A DNA stretch of 64,000 nt from an uncultured delta proteobacterium (lineage in GTDB: Bacteria; Desulfobacterota; Desulfomonilia; Desulfomonilales; Desulfomonilaceae), in contig CAWBKB010000001.1 in NCBI GenBank assembly GCA_963789265.1, positions 2,176,001 through 2,240,000 of the forward strand, in the 5' to 3' direction. Positions 51,974 to 62,379 of the stretch are shown piece by piece (the stretch's first letter is position 1; every line of letters begins with the position of its first letter). A model generated the notes under the pieces. That model was not told the DNA's origin, ran no database searches, and worked only from the letters and a program-made list of their open reading frames with translations. Made by a program: the position numbers and the translations under genes.

Positions 51974-52717
51974 ATGCACGAACGGATCAATAAAGATCGT
52001 TTCGAACCAGCCTACGCCCAGTTGGCTGCCATTCTTCGTCGCCAGATAGCTGGAGGAGTCTATCCGCCCGGCGAGAAAATCCCGTCAGAGTCCTCCATTA
52101 GCAGACAATATGGCCTTTCGGTGATGACAGTTCGTCAAGCCGTCGGAGTACTGATAGAACAAGGACTGATCGAGCGCATTCGAGGCTCCGGATCATTCGT
52201 CAAACCGGTCACATTGACCGGATCGAGATTTGACCTGGACAGCATCAAGGAGATTTTCGAGGATCCCGAACGCACACGTGTCAAGGTGCTACAAATAAGT
52301 CTCGCAAGGGCGGACGCGAAAACCGCTGAAATGCTGGATCTGCACGAAGGGGTAAGAATAATTCTCATCCGCCGTCTCTTACTGCGTGACAACCGGCCCG
52401 TAATGTTCCACGAAGGGCGTATCCGCTGTGATCCCACTCGCCCCGTCGTGGAGGCCGAATTGAGCGTTGGGCCTCTTTCCGATCTGTTCAACGGGCACGG
52501 GGGCGGCCAAGCGAAGAAGGGTGAACTGACCGTTATGCCCACCGTCCTAAATCACGAGGAAGCCGGTCTTTTGAATCAGTCCGAGGGCACCCCCGTCTTT
52601 CGTTTAGAGTACCTGGTTTATGACTTCAACGACGCTCCGTTCGGTTGGGGGTGGTTCACCGCTGCACCCGAAACCATGTCTTTGAAGACCAAACTGGGGT
52701 TGTGGGACGAATCTTAG
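51974..52717 (+). CDS. GntR (HutC/UTRA) transcriptional regulator
   Basis: IPSE..YGLSVMTVRQA..GSGSFV wHTH; UTRA-like C-terminus. Confidence 0.9.
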   Translation: MHERINKDRFEPAYAQLAAILRRQIAGGVYPPGEKIPSESSISRQYGLSVMTVRQAVGVLIEQGLIERIRGSGSFVKPVTLTGSRFDLDSIKEIFEDPERTRVKVLQISLARADAKTAEMLDLHEGVRIILIRRLLLRDNRPVMFHEGRIRCDPTRPVVEAELSVGPLSDLFNGHGGGQAKKGELTVMPTVLNHEEAGLLNQSEGTPVFRLEYLVYDFNDAPFGWGWFTAAPETMSLKTKLGLWDES

Positions 52718-52734
52718 AGCGCGGAGAGGTCGTC

Positions 52735-53424
52735 GTGCCGAAGAGAACTGTCAGAACTATAGCCCATGAGATGGGAGAACTGGCAACGCTGTTAGCCGAC
52801 CTAAGGGAAGAAGAAGCCCTGCTGGCCCTCAAACGGCACATCGCTGCCGGGGTGCCGCCCACTGAACTACTTCACGCCTGCCAGAGGGGGATGCGTCTGG
52901 TCGGTTCGATGCACGAGAAGGGGCATTATTACATCGCAGGGTTAATTATGGCCGGCGAGATAATGCGCGAGGCCGTTGAACTACTCAGGCCGGTCATGAT
53001 TAAAGAGTGGCGCGGTAAGGCCTACGGACGGGTGCTGCTGGGGACCATTGCCGGCGATATCCATGACATTGGAAAGAACCTTTTCAGAGACCTCCTGGAA
53101 TGTCACGGCTTTACCGTCTTGGACCTCGGAGTTGATGTGCCTCCTGCCGACTTTGTGGCAGCGGAATTCGAGTTCAAGCCTCATCTGATTGCCGCTTCGG
53201 CTCTCATCACGGACAGCTTTCCTCATCTTCGGGAGCTTGTTCAATTATTCGAGGATAGCGCTCGGCGCAGGTCGGCCCGGCGACCCTTTATACTCATTGG
53301 TGGAGGACAAGTCGACGAACGAGTCTTTCGGATGTGCGGAGCCGACAATTGGGGAGAGGACGCTTTTTCAGGGATTCAGATTTGTAGGAGACTCATGAAA
53401 GATGCCGGCAAGCCCGCAGTCTGA
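52735..53424 (+). CDS. Second corrinoid-binding protein
   Basis: GDIHDIGKN, DLGVDV and IGGG motifs; closely follows gntR. Confidence 0.88.
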   Translation: MPKRTVRTIAHEMGELATLLADLREEEALLALKRHIAAGVPPTELLHACQRGMRLVGSMHEKGHYYIAGLIMAGEIMREAVELLRPVMIKEWRGKAYGRVLLGTIAGDIHDIGKNLFRDLLECHGFTVLDLGVDVPPADFVAAEFEFKPHLIAASALITDSFPHLRELVQLFEDSARRRSARRPFILIGGGQVDERVFRMCGADNWGEDAFSGIQICRRLMKDAGKPAV

Positions 53425-53623
53425 TTCCATTCGCTTTCAAGCAAGTGACACCGTGTTCTTAGTGGAACAGGCATCTTGCCGGTCGTCATGCCCGCGTACG
53501 CGGGCATCCAGACTGGACCCCGGATCGAAGTCCGGGGGGTGATCCCGCGGGACGCGGGACAGGTAGAATGCCTGCCCACCGTATCCTGACCCGGATTGTC
53601 ACTTGTTTGATGGGGCATTGCTA
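53425..53623 (+). mobile_element. MITE family C, followed by a partial inverted copy (53640-53782)
   Basis: ttccattcgctttcaagcaagtg...acttgtttgatggggcattgcta flanked by TGA/TCA; reverse-complement homolog of 109-281. Confidence 0.72.
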
Positions 53624-53797
53624 TCAAACGATAAATACTGCACGGATCTGACAAAGCCTCCCGCGTCCCGCGGGATGGCACCCGGGACTACATGAATGGA
53701 TGTTGGGTGCCACTGACCTGAGCACCGTCATGGCGCCAGGTCAGTGCCGTTTGCCGATTTTCACTTATTTGAGAGCGAACTAGTCTGAAGCAGTTTG

Positions 53798-55579
53798 TTA
53801 CAATCCGGAACTGATCCCGGCTAAGCTGCGGCTTTGCGGCCCATGGGCAGACACAAAATTCAGGTGGTAAACGAACAGCTTACTAAATTCCGGATGGGAG
53901 CCAAGGTCCAGCACTTGGATTATAGACGCCAATCCCTCCATATCCTTCAAGATATCCCGATTGAGCAGGGCAAGGGAGGCTCCGGAAAGTGATGAATTTC
54001 CCGCAAACGTGATCTGCCCAGCGTACTCTGTCGGCAACAATCCTATGCGTTTCAGGTTTTCAGGATTCAAGTGGTAACCGAACGCGCCGCCCACGATTAT
54101 CTGCTCCAGGTCGCTTACAGAACGACCCGCTTCGCGCAATAACGTGAGAATCCCAGTTATGGCCGCGCTCTTGGCCAACTGCACCTGTCGGATGTCCCTC
54201 TGGCTTAGAAAGATGTTTTCCGTCAAGTAGTAACGGTCGCCCTGCAACCGATCAGTCAGTCTTTTGTCAGCCTCGGGATTGAACGCTCCACTGGGAGCAA
54301 TGATCCCTGAAGTGATCAGCGCTGCCACAAGATCGACCAGGCCGCTTCCGCAAATGCCCACGGGCGGCCCATCCCCTATGGTGGTGAAGCGAGGCACCAT
54401 GTCGCTCCCAAGGGTAACGGAATTTATGGCACCCGGCACGGCTCGACAGCCGCATGAAATATTCATGCCTTCCAGTGCCGGTCCCATCGCGCAAGATGTG
54501 CCCAGCAATCGATCGGGTCCTTCGATCAGCACTATTTCTCCGTTTGTACCGATGTCAACAAATAGGGTGCACGCGGGGCAGGACCGATAATCGATTGCTG
54601 TGAGACCGCCGACAATGTCCGCGCCAACATAGGCTGCTGCGCCCGGCAAAAGGATAAGTCGCCCTTGCCGGGCAATGGGAAGGCCGCAACGTTCTCCCTC
54701 CAGCGCAAGGGGTTTAAGAAAGGTAGGGCGGAAAGGAGCCAGAGCGAGCGAGAACGGGTTGACTCCTGCGAGGATATGGAGCATCGTCGTGTTGCCTGCC
54801 GCAGTCATCAGAACGACTTGATCCCGACTTCGCCTGGCCCCCAGAGCCTCATCGAGCATCAACCCCAGTTGTGCGATTAGCGCAGTTCGCAGAATTGATA
54901 GGCCGTCGGGATTCTGTCGGCAGAAGTTGATGCGGGTGATCACGTCGCCGCCATAGGCGGTCTGGGGATTCAACGCCGAACTCCTGCCGAGCAATTCTCC
55001 GCTGTCCAGGTCGAATAAATACAACGAAAGGCTTGTTGTGCCGACGTCAACCGCGGCGCCGAGAACAGGATTTTGGTCGAAACGAATATCCAGGAGCTCG
55101 TTTCCGAATACAATGCCGTACGGTTGGTCTACACTTCCATCCCAGGTCGCTACTTTGTCAAGAATGCCGGGATCGGAAACTCGGAAAGGAAGAGTTTCCA
55201 CGTACGGGATTGAACCTCGCCCCTTTTCCGGCAAAACCACGCGCTTCACTGGACTATTGAGAGCAACCTCGCGAAATTTCGGACCGAACACGGACTGGAG
55301 TTGAGTCCAGGCATCGCTTATGGTGACGGAAACATTCCCGAGCACTTTTGCTTTGCATGCCAGGCGAATGTCTGCAGATTGGCCTTCCAGATGCGCACGT
55401 TCTGCATCGTCAGGAGAGCTCAATTTTCCGTGCGCAACTACTCGGCATTTGCCACAGATTGCTCTACCGTCACAAGTCGATTCCACTCCCATTCCAGCAC
55501 GACGAATGCATGACAGCAGGGTTTCACCCTTCGCCGCTTCTATCGTCAATTTGTTTCCGCTGAATGATACCGTAGGCAA
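53798..55579 (-). CDS. Reductive activator of corrinoid proteins (RACo/RamA-like, 2Fe-2S + ASKHA ATPase)
   Basis: CDGRAICGKC..RLAC, DVGTT, DIGTNGE, GPALEG and GICGSG motifs. Confidence 0.93.
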   Translation of the reverse strand: MPTVSFSGNKLTIEAAKGETLLSCIRRAGMGVESTCDGRAICGKCRVVAHGKLSSPDDAERAHLEGQSADIRLACKAKVLGNVSVTISDAWTQLQSVFGPKFREVALNSPVKRVVLPEKGRGSIPYVETLPFRVSDPGILDKVATWDGSVDQPYGIVFGNELLDIRFDQNPVLGAAVDVGTTSLSLYLFDLDSGELLGRSSALNPQTAYGGDVITRINFCRQNPDGLSILRTALIAQLGLMLDEALGARRSRDQVVLMTAAGNTTMLHILAGVNPFSLALAPFRPTFLKPLALEGERCGLPIARQGRLILLPGAAAYVGADIVGGLTAIDYRSCPACTLFVDIGTNGEIVLIEGPDRLLGTSCAMGPALEGMNISCGCRAVPGAINSVTLGSDMVPRFTTIGDGPPVGICGSGLVDLVAALITSGIIAPSGAFNPEADKRLTDRLQGDRYYLTENIFLSQRDIRQVQLAKSAAITGILTLLREAGRSVSDLEQIIVGGAFGYHLNPENLKRIGLLPTEYAGQITFAGNSSLSGASLALLNRDILKDMEGLASIIQVLDLGSHPEFSKLFVYHLNFVSAHGPQSRSLAGISSGL

Positions 55580-55591
55580 GAGGCTTTCCCT

Positions 55592-56290
55592 TCAGATCGC
55601 CGCCTGGATCGAGGAAGAACGAAATGCCGAATCAAAGCCCAAATGGGTCAATTCAATAGTAGTGAACGGCGGGATGATCACGAAATCATCATCATTCCAA
55701 GGACCCAAGAGGAAATTCTTGAGATAACGGTCAGTTCCCTGGAGAATGAGGAGTTCCAAGTTCAGGGTCGCGGAGATATCGCGCGCGTACGGAATAAGGC
55801 CGGGCAGGTCGTAGGCGCCGGTATCTATAAGAGCCAGGAATTTGTAATGCGCCAGCATCCTTCGATAGATCCGTTCCGTTCGTTCCGGACCGAACCGCGC
55901 CATAACAGCTTGGTACTCCTTCCAGATATTTACCTCTCCCTCCAGCCAGCCTTTCGTCAGAAAATAGACGCCACCGTGCCGATTACAACCATCCCTGGTT
56001 TCTTTGGACCCCAGGAGCAAGGTTATGCAGTCATCCACTCTGGGAATGACCAACTGATAGTCTCCGGACTTCAGTCCGGCCACGGCATTGCCGCAGAAGC
56101 CAAATCCGAGGAGCACTCTCTTTACTCCATTTATCCGGTCCAATTCCTCTTGCAATCGCCTACGCAGGGAGTCCGTCACCAGGTGCAGCCCGGATTCGAC
56201 CCATACGAAACTATGCGCACAGTTTGTTTCTACGGCGGCTTTTTCGAGTTCGTTGCGAATGGTGTTGCAGGCTATAATCACTGTTTCCAC
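55592..56290 (-). CDS. DUF1638 domain protein
   Basis: IIAC, GLH, GFCGN, DDCI.LLLG and YFLTKGW motifs; commonly found next to corrinoid systems. Confidence 0.85.
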   Translation of the reverse strand: METVIIACNTIRNELEKAAVETNCAHSFVWVESGLHLVTDSLRRRLQEELDRINGVKRVLLGFGFCGNAVAGLKSGDYQLVIPRVDDCITLLLGSKETRDGCNRHGGVYFLTKGWLEGEVNIWKEYQAVMARFGPERTERIYRRMLAHYKFLALIDTGAYDLPGLIPYARDISATLNLELLILQGTDRYLKNFLLGPWNDDDFVIIPPFTTIELTHLGFDSAFRSSSIQAAI

Positions 56291-56690
56291 TTTCGGTATC
56301 CTTCTATTCGTGAATTGACCATTATTATAGCCCAGCGGACCGGAGTTCGGAAAGCGTCCATACATCAATTCGGGTGAAGATCCATGGAAAAATGTGCAGG
56401 CATCCATTTACACCGTGGAAAAGGTTGTCATTGAGAGCGCGGAGAACCAAGATTCCCTGGTCGGGCCGCTGTTCAAATGACATTCTCTCGCGTGAATGAA
56501 AGCTCGCTATGAGCGAATTTTCTCGTTGCCCTGTGGTGCGGCATCGTGGTATTCATATTCATAGATTGAATACTCATCAAAATAATAACCCTCAAAACCC
56601 ACGAGCCTTGGAATTCGAGCCAATTCCGAGCACCCGACGTGTTGGCTCCACGGGGCGTCCCGTTCTTCCTCGTCGGAACCAGGAGAAATA

Positions 56691-56890
56691 TTGATGGAGA
56701 TCAAATTGAAGACAACGCCGGCTGATGAAAACGAAAGAACTTTTTGGGATGAGCATGGGGCTTTATGGCAGGTACCGAACATCCAAGTCCGTTTGTGGCA
56801 TATTTCGAGCAACGACAAAGGGATTAGACGGCAAGGACATCCACGCATTTTACAAGAACGGCGCTCTATTTATCGTGAACTGGTCTGACG
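56691..56890 (+). pseudogene. Possible decayed Hsp20 fragment
   Basis: RBS AGGAG before a short ORF; an overlapping frame reads LDGKDIHAFYKNGALFI, resembling the Hsp20 C-terminal AxYxNGxL motif. Confidence 0.3.
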
Positions 56891-57180
56891 CAAGGGACTA
56901 TTTCAATTCCAGTAACTGTTCACCCGGTAATCAATCCCGCGACCGCGCGGGGATCACCGTTTCGCGAGACGAGCGATACGCAAAGAACGCGGACAAAAAT
57001 GGATAGCCTATTCAGCGCCACGCGAGTCACCCACGCGTACAGTCATGGCGGAATTGCCCTTACTGTCGCAGGCCGAGACTTATCATGTCTTTGGTGGATA
57101 AGTGCATAGCGCAACAGAATTCTCCGTGGTCTCTGCGTTCTCCGTGCTGAAATATTGCGGTCATCGTACAGGAGGTAATC

Positions 57181-57942
57181 ATGTTCTTGGAAGGAAAACT
57201 CGCATTGGTAACAGGCGCTTCCATGCCCAAAGGCATCGGGAGACACGCCGCGCTTACGCTTGCGAGACATGGGGCGAATGTAGTGGTAACAGGCTTTCAT
57301 CACATGGAAGGGCCGACGGCTCTGGCAGAAGATATTAGAGCTATGGGCCGAAAAGCCGTGGCCGTGCAGATGGACGCAAGTGTTGCTGCGGATGTGGCCA
57401 AAGGCTTTGCAACCATTAAAGCTGAGCTTGGATCGGTCGATATCGTTGTGAACAACGCCGCCCTCATGGGGCACAACATAAGCATTGCCAGGACCACCAC
57501 GGAAGAATGGGATTATGAAGTCAAGCTTTGTCTCAATTCCGCGTTCTATTGCATCAAGCAGGCATGGCCGGATATGTGCGCCAAGAAATGGGGCCGCATT
57601 GTGAACATGACGTCAGTGGCCGGTGTTTTGGGCGGCGCCGGCCAGACGAGCTACGGGGCTGCCAAGGCAGGTCTCATCGCGCTCGCAAAGTCGGCAGCCC
57701 TGGAGGGTGCGAGGTTCAACATCACGGCAAATAGCGTACTCATCGGCATCTGTGCCACTGATAGTTATGACCTGCTCCCCGAGCCGGTTCGTCAGGCCGT
57801 TGAGAAAAAGACTGCCTTCCGGAGACCTGCAAACCCCCAGGAAATCGCCGACGCCATCGCTTACCTGTGTTCGGACAGCGCAGCATATATGACGGGATCC
57901 ATCATGAATATGATGGGCGGTCTTGACCTGTTTGTGTTTTGA
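57181..57942 (+). CDS. Classical SDR oxidoreductase (FabG-like)
   Basis: TGA...GIG, VNNA and YGAAK motifs; RBS AGGAGG. Confidence 0.92.
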   Translation: MFLEGKLALVTGASMPKGIGRHAALTLARHGANVVVTGFHHMEGPTALAEDIRAMGRKAVAVQMDASVAADVAKGFATIKAELGSVDIVVNNAALMGHNISIARTTTEEWDYEVKLCLNSAFYCIKQAWPDMCAKKWGRIVNMTSVAGVLGGAGQTSYGAAKAGLIALAKSAALEGARFNITANSVLIGICATDSYDLLPEPVRQAVEKKTAFRRPANPQEIADAIAYLCSDSAAYMTGSIMNMMGGLDLFVF

Positions 57943-58149
57943 GCGGTGCCGCCCCCCCCGCATCACAGACATGAAGGCCATTAAAGCAGTTCTCGAAAAT
58001 TGTCACGGAATGTTTGCGGGTGCCACTGCTGAACAAGTCGGCAGTGGCACTCCATACAGAACTCTTATTCGCTGCCCTCTTGGAATTTTCCGTTAGGCAT
58101 GAGTGAGGACCCGCACCTCCGGTCCGACCTGGGGCACAGTAACAACCTT

Positions 58150-59964
58150 CTAGAAATCGGCCTCCATTACTCCCTGGAAACCGAATATGGGTTGAATTTC
58201 CCGGTTAGGATTGACCGCCCATCCAGAGGGGCCGTCAGCGGCCGTAGGACTGACAAATGTTCCGACTCCTGCCACTGTAGTAAAAGTGTTGGCATATCGC
58301 TTGTCAATGCAGGCATATTTGAACCATCCGCCCGGCTGCCAATATGCGCCACGCAAGTGGACAATCAGACCTTCCAACAGCTTCCAGTCGACGCCGGCAG
58401 TAGCTTCCCACCCCAAGGAATCGTCGGGAATCGACGGAGCGGGAGCTGCGAGAATGTTCTGCGGTGCAGTCAGAATCACTCCGTCTGTGCCGAGTTGCTG
58501 GCCCAGCAGCAAGACTTTGCCTCCTCCATTAGTTCCATCAGACGACGGAACCAGGCAGCCCCAGCCCCAGCCTTTTGACACCCTATTCGCAGTGAAGAGT
58601 GTGCCATAGATGTTCAAGTTGCAAGCAACTGCATAGTCAACTCTTGCTCCGAAAGACGAGGCATCGGTTATAAAGCCTTCACCGTTCCTGTTGACGGCAT
58701 TCAGGCCTCCGCCATATTGATAACCCATCAGAAGGCTGTAAGGCAGGAAGATGTTTGTACAAGCAAAATTTGCTCCATTGACCACATTCTCCCACGATTG
58801 TTTCTTAATCCAGATCCCATGTCTGCGGTCAGGGCCGGGAAGCCACGAATAAAACAGACTCAGTTTGGAGGGACCGCACATTGCTCCTAATTCCACCATA
58901 TACTTCCAGGCTTCCAGATAGTACGGCGCAAACAGGCTCCCGCCGCCGTCCGCGAAATCAGCGACATCTGTGGCGGCCTTTTGCACGGTTAGCTGTTCTC
59001 TAAAATAGGCCAGTTCATTGTTGAAAAACAACCTGCCGTTGTTGTACCTGAAGTAAAACGATCCGTCTTCAACCACAGCATCGTAGGTTCTGGATGTGAG
59101 GGCATTGCTGTTTGTAGTTGCCCCACCCGGCCCATTGTGAATAGGAATATATTCCCCAAGTAAGCCAAATTCGAATGGACCATTGTCATATAAAAAGACC
59201 CATTCGGGATGAAGGTTGCGCTTGCGATCGTTGTCCCATAAACGATACAAAATAGGCTCTGCGGGCGCGGCGTTGACCGCAGCGGCCTGAGGACCGGTAT
59301 TGTTAGTGGTGCTGACAACGTTCCGGCCTGCCATGGAATTGGTCCAAGTCTGGCCTCGCCAGGGATGGAAGACAAATCCAATTCTCATTGGACCATAATT
59401 TGACCAGACCCCGAACGTCTCCGTCGTGGCATTGTGCCGGTCGAACAATAGCCCCAGTCCGTGCGCCAGGGGGCGCTTCCCTGCTACTATTTGTCCCCAC
59501 GGAACTTGCGCCTCCAACCACCAGTAAGTCCAGGTCCCTGAGGCCATCGGGTTGTACACGCCGATGGCCGTGTTGTTGGGGTACAGGCCGTATTGGGAAG
59601 TCCCCGAGCCAATCTGGTAAAGGCCTCTGAGCATTATGGCCGGATTGATTATGATTTCAGGCAGAATCTCCATTCTCGACCATTGGAGGGACGCGTCCGA
59701 TCCCGTGACAAGGCCGTACGGCTCGCCGTTTATGGTGCGAAATCCGACAAACGAGTTCATGGAGTTGAATTTCGCGTTTGCAGGTGCGTCGGCGGCAGCA
59801 CTGGCGTGATCGTACTGTCCGAAAAAACCGGCTCGACCGTATTGGTCGAAGTAGTCGTAGCCCCATATCCACGATCCTGTGAGGTTCAATTCGAACGCGT
59901 ATCCTGGTGAGGCGACGAACCACAATCCTGCTAGAATGACTAGCATCACTCTGAATCTATACAT
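58150..59964 (-). CDS. Large outer-membrane porin-like beta-barrel protein
   Basis: RBS AGGAGG, signal peptide ending GYA-F, aromatic/Gly-rich strands, C-terminal F. Confidence 0.75.
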   Translation of the reverse strand: MYRFRVMLVILAGLWFVASPGYAFELNLTGSWIWGYDYFDQYGRAGFFGQYDHASAAADAPANAKFNSMNSFVGFRTINGEPYGLVTGSDASLQWSRMEILPEIIINPAIMLRGLYQIGSGTSQYGLYPNNTAIGVYNPMASGTWTYWWLEAQVPWGQIVAGKRPLAHGLGLLFDRHNATTETFGVWSNYGPMRIGFVFHPWRGQTWTNSMAGRNVVSTTNNTGPQAAAVNAAPAEPILYRLWDNDRKRNLHPEWVFLYDNGPFEFGLLGEYIPIHNGPGGATTNSNALTSRTYDAVVEDGSFYFRYNNGRLFFNNELAYFREQLTVQKAATDVADFADGGGSLFAPYYLEAWKYMVELGAMCGPSKLSLFYSWLPGPDRRHGIWIKKQSWENVVNGANFACTNIFLPYSLLMGYQYGGGLNAVNRNGEGFITDASSFGARVDYAVACNLNIYGTLFTANRVSKGWGWGCLVPSSDGTNGGGKVLLLGQQLGTDGVILTAPQNILAAPAPSIPDDSLGWEATAGVDWKLLEGLIVHLRGAYWQPGGWFKYACIDKRYANTFTTVAGVGTFVSPTAADGPSGWAVNPNREIQPIFGFQGVMEADF

Positions 59965-60368
59965 AAATCCTCCTTTCACACCCTACTATATTCACTGCAA
60001 CTAATTCACACCGCGAATAGTCACGTAATGACTACCAATATGCTACGAAACCCTATGTGGACGCCTCCCAGGGCCGATGTTCCTCCGCGATTACCACCGT
60101 ATCGACCCGCTAGTGTCCCTAGTGGGGTCGTGGGTGGAATTGTCAAGAGTCATCAAATGGGTAGTCGCGGTGTGACTATGCCGATACCATCAACCCTCGT
60201 ACGATCCCCTTCCACGGAATCTTACGCCACAGTCAGTCGCCTGACTCGCTTGACTCATGGGATACCCGAAAACAAGGCTTGGACTCTGGGGTCTCTCTTG
60301 CAAAAGCCTCACACAGAAATTCGGGTCAATTCCTACATGTCGGTAGTTGGTTATATTGGGTAGAAGTA

Positions 60369-60397
60369 ACCATACGGAGCATGAATGTTCTTGTCAA
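60369..60397 (-). promoter_or_regulatory. Putative sigma70 promoter of the porin gene
   Basis: Minus strand reads TTGACA-17 nt-TATGGT. Confidence 0.5.
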
Positions 60398-60794
60398 GAG
60401 TTTTCTCACCCTTCCAGCATTCCTTCACATGCGCGGAGAGAAATGGCGGCCTTGCATTGCGAGCAGTGAATGGTTGGATAGCCTTTCAGCCTGTCGCTGA
60501 CGGATGGGCGTCTCCGCGTTCCGCGCGGGGCATCCCCACTGCAAAGGGCCGGTCCAACGGATAAAATTGCACCCCTTACTATCCAGCCTGTGGCGCAGAC
60601 TTTCCAGTCTGCGGATTCTCGAACTGGATTTGGCGGACTGGAAAGTCCGCCCCACGGCAATCTGAGCCATTAGAGGAAAAGATTCCCTTCCCGCGGCAAG
60701 CGAGACTCGCCATTACAAGCTTCCGTCGCCTGTAAGTGAATGATTGGCGGCAGCACGTTCAAGACGTGACACAATGTGAGTAACCTGTAAGAAG

Positions 60795-61499
60795 TTATTG
60801 AAAGAAGCTCTCATCGCAGCTAATTCCGGCTTCTTCAAACTCTTTATACAGTTTGGTCAGCCTGTCGTTAGCAATACGTGCCTGCCGAGGTTTTTCTTCC
60901 GTTTCATGGTCCGTGGCATAACAGGCAAGACACCATTGGCACTGGTGCGTTGCCCCGAGACTCATCACGTCAAAGTTTCCGACCAAGAAGGTCCGGCGCT
61001 CTTTACGATTTCCGAAGTTTTCGACTGCGGCGAGAAACTCCAGGTTGACCTGCATAGAAACCTTATTGCCCTCTCTTGCGATATGAATGTAATCCTCCAA
61101 CGTGAGGATCGGACCTTGGGTGTCCTTGAAATCCTGAAATCTTACCACCATGTCGTTCAGGGAAAAGAGCTCGGTTTCTATAAGAATCCCTGCTTCATTC
61201 AGCGCTCGATAATCCTTCTGTAAATATCTGTTGGCAATCATTACAGCCTGGGATACGTGAGGACACAGATTGTGCGGGCAGCCTCGAGCATAGCATTTTC
61301 TGAAGCTGAATTCTTTGCTGTCTACAGTTCCGGAAAAACGACAGAAGAAGAGGATCGCTCGATATCCGTAGCTTGTATGAGTGAAATCGACTTCGTTGAT
61401 TTCAAAGGACGGGAGACAGACGATTGTTGCCCCTCTTTTTCCATGAGCAACAAGCTCGCCAATGCGAATGGGAGGTTCGAGACCAATCGTTTGATTCAT
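60795..61499 (-). CDS. Cys-rich hypothetical protein (possible metal/Fe-S binding)
   Basis: CYARGCPHNLCPH and CQWCLAC clusters; co-oriented with the dsrE genes. Confidence 0.7.
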   Translation of the reverse strand: MNQTIGLEPPIRIGELVAHGKRGATIVCLPSFEINEVDFTHTSYGYRAILFFCRFSGTVDSKEFSFRKCYARGCPHNLCPHVSQAVMIANRYLQKDYRALNEAGILIETELFSLNDMVVRFQDFKDTQGPILTLEDYIHIAREGNKVSMQVNLEFLAAVENFGNRKERRTFLVGNFDVMSLGATHQCQWCLACYATDHETEEKPRQARIANDRLTKLYKEFEEAGISCDESFFQ

Positions 61500-61638
61500 G
61501 GCTTGTGCCTCTGTGTCGAATGAAGGTGTCGTCCGTCCGCGGTTTCCCTCCGGATCGCTGGAGGCCCACACGCGATGTAGAGAAGCTGATTCCAGACCTC
61601 ACGGGGTCTCCTCCGACCAGCCTATGAAGAAATCACCG

Positions 61639-62007
61639 TTAATAGTTCAGAACCGCCTGCGAGTTAAGGCACTCACTCAAAATTGTGGCGCCGGCGACCA
61701 CTTCCGATTTATCAATCAGGTCGAATGGCTCAATGTTGCGCTCCTTGATACAGGGAGAGCAGACAAGGATTCTTCCTCCCAGCTCCAGAAAGGAATCCAT
61801 CAATTTCTTCAACGGATCGAAACCACCCGCATGCACGCTTTCAGCGTACCCCTTCTTTGCCAATAAGACTCCATACCCCTGGAGAACAATAATTCCCGGC
61901 TCGTCCATTGCCAGAGCCGCGTTGCCAAGGGCGAATGGGATGGTGGCCCTCTCAGGGTCATCTCCGGCATGTGTTGCAATGATTACGACGCCTTCTTTTT
62001 GTTCCAT
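61639..62007 (-). CDS. DsrE family sulfur-carrier protein
   Basis: DPERATIPF, LQGYGV, CSPCIKER and VAGA motifs. Confidence 0.85.
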   Translation of the reverse strand: MEQKEGVVIIATHAGDDPERATIPFALGNAALAMDEPGIIVLQGYGVLLAKKGYAESVHAGGFDPLKKLMDSFLELGGRILVCSPCIKERNIEPFDLIDKSEVVAGATILSECLNSQAVLNY

Positions 62008-62071
62008 GAATAAGGCCCTTTCTTGTGCTAAATTTTGTTCGGCGACAGCCTCGCAAGGCCTGCGCTTTAGT

Positions 62072-62365
62072 TCACTCTTCGCAACCATCCAAATAATCAA
62101 TCAACCCTTTGAGACGCGGGCGGGCCAAGCCATAACGAACGACCGTTCCCTCGCGCTCGCAAACCAAAATCCCATGCGTCCGCATAATCGAGAGTTGATG
62201 AGAGACATCCGGCTGCGAGGCCCCCAGACGGTTAGCCAAGCCGGTGACGTTCTCCCCGCCTTTACTGAGAATTGCCAAAATGCGGAGGCGCAGAGGATGA
62301 GCAACTGCCTTGACGATTTCGGCCACGTCCTCGGCTCGCTCCAGGTTGTCTATGAGACTGTTCAT
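62072..62365 (-). CDS. ArsR/SmtB family transcriptional regulator
   Basis: KAVAHPLRLRIL, SQPDVSHQL and REG..VRY motifs; C-terminal Cys. Confidence 0.9.
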   Translation of the reverse strand: MNSLIDNLERAEDVAEIVKAVAHPLRLRILAILSKGGENVTGLANRLGASQPDVSHQLSIMRTHGILVCEREGTVVRYGLARPRLKGLIDYLDGCEE

Positions 62366-62379
62366 CGGCGTAATTTTAC

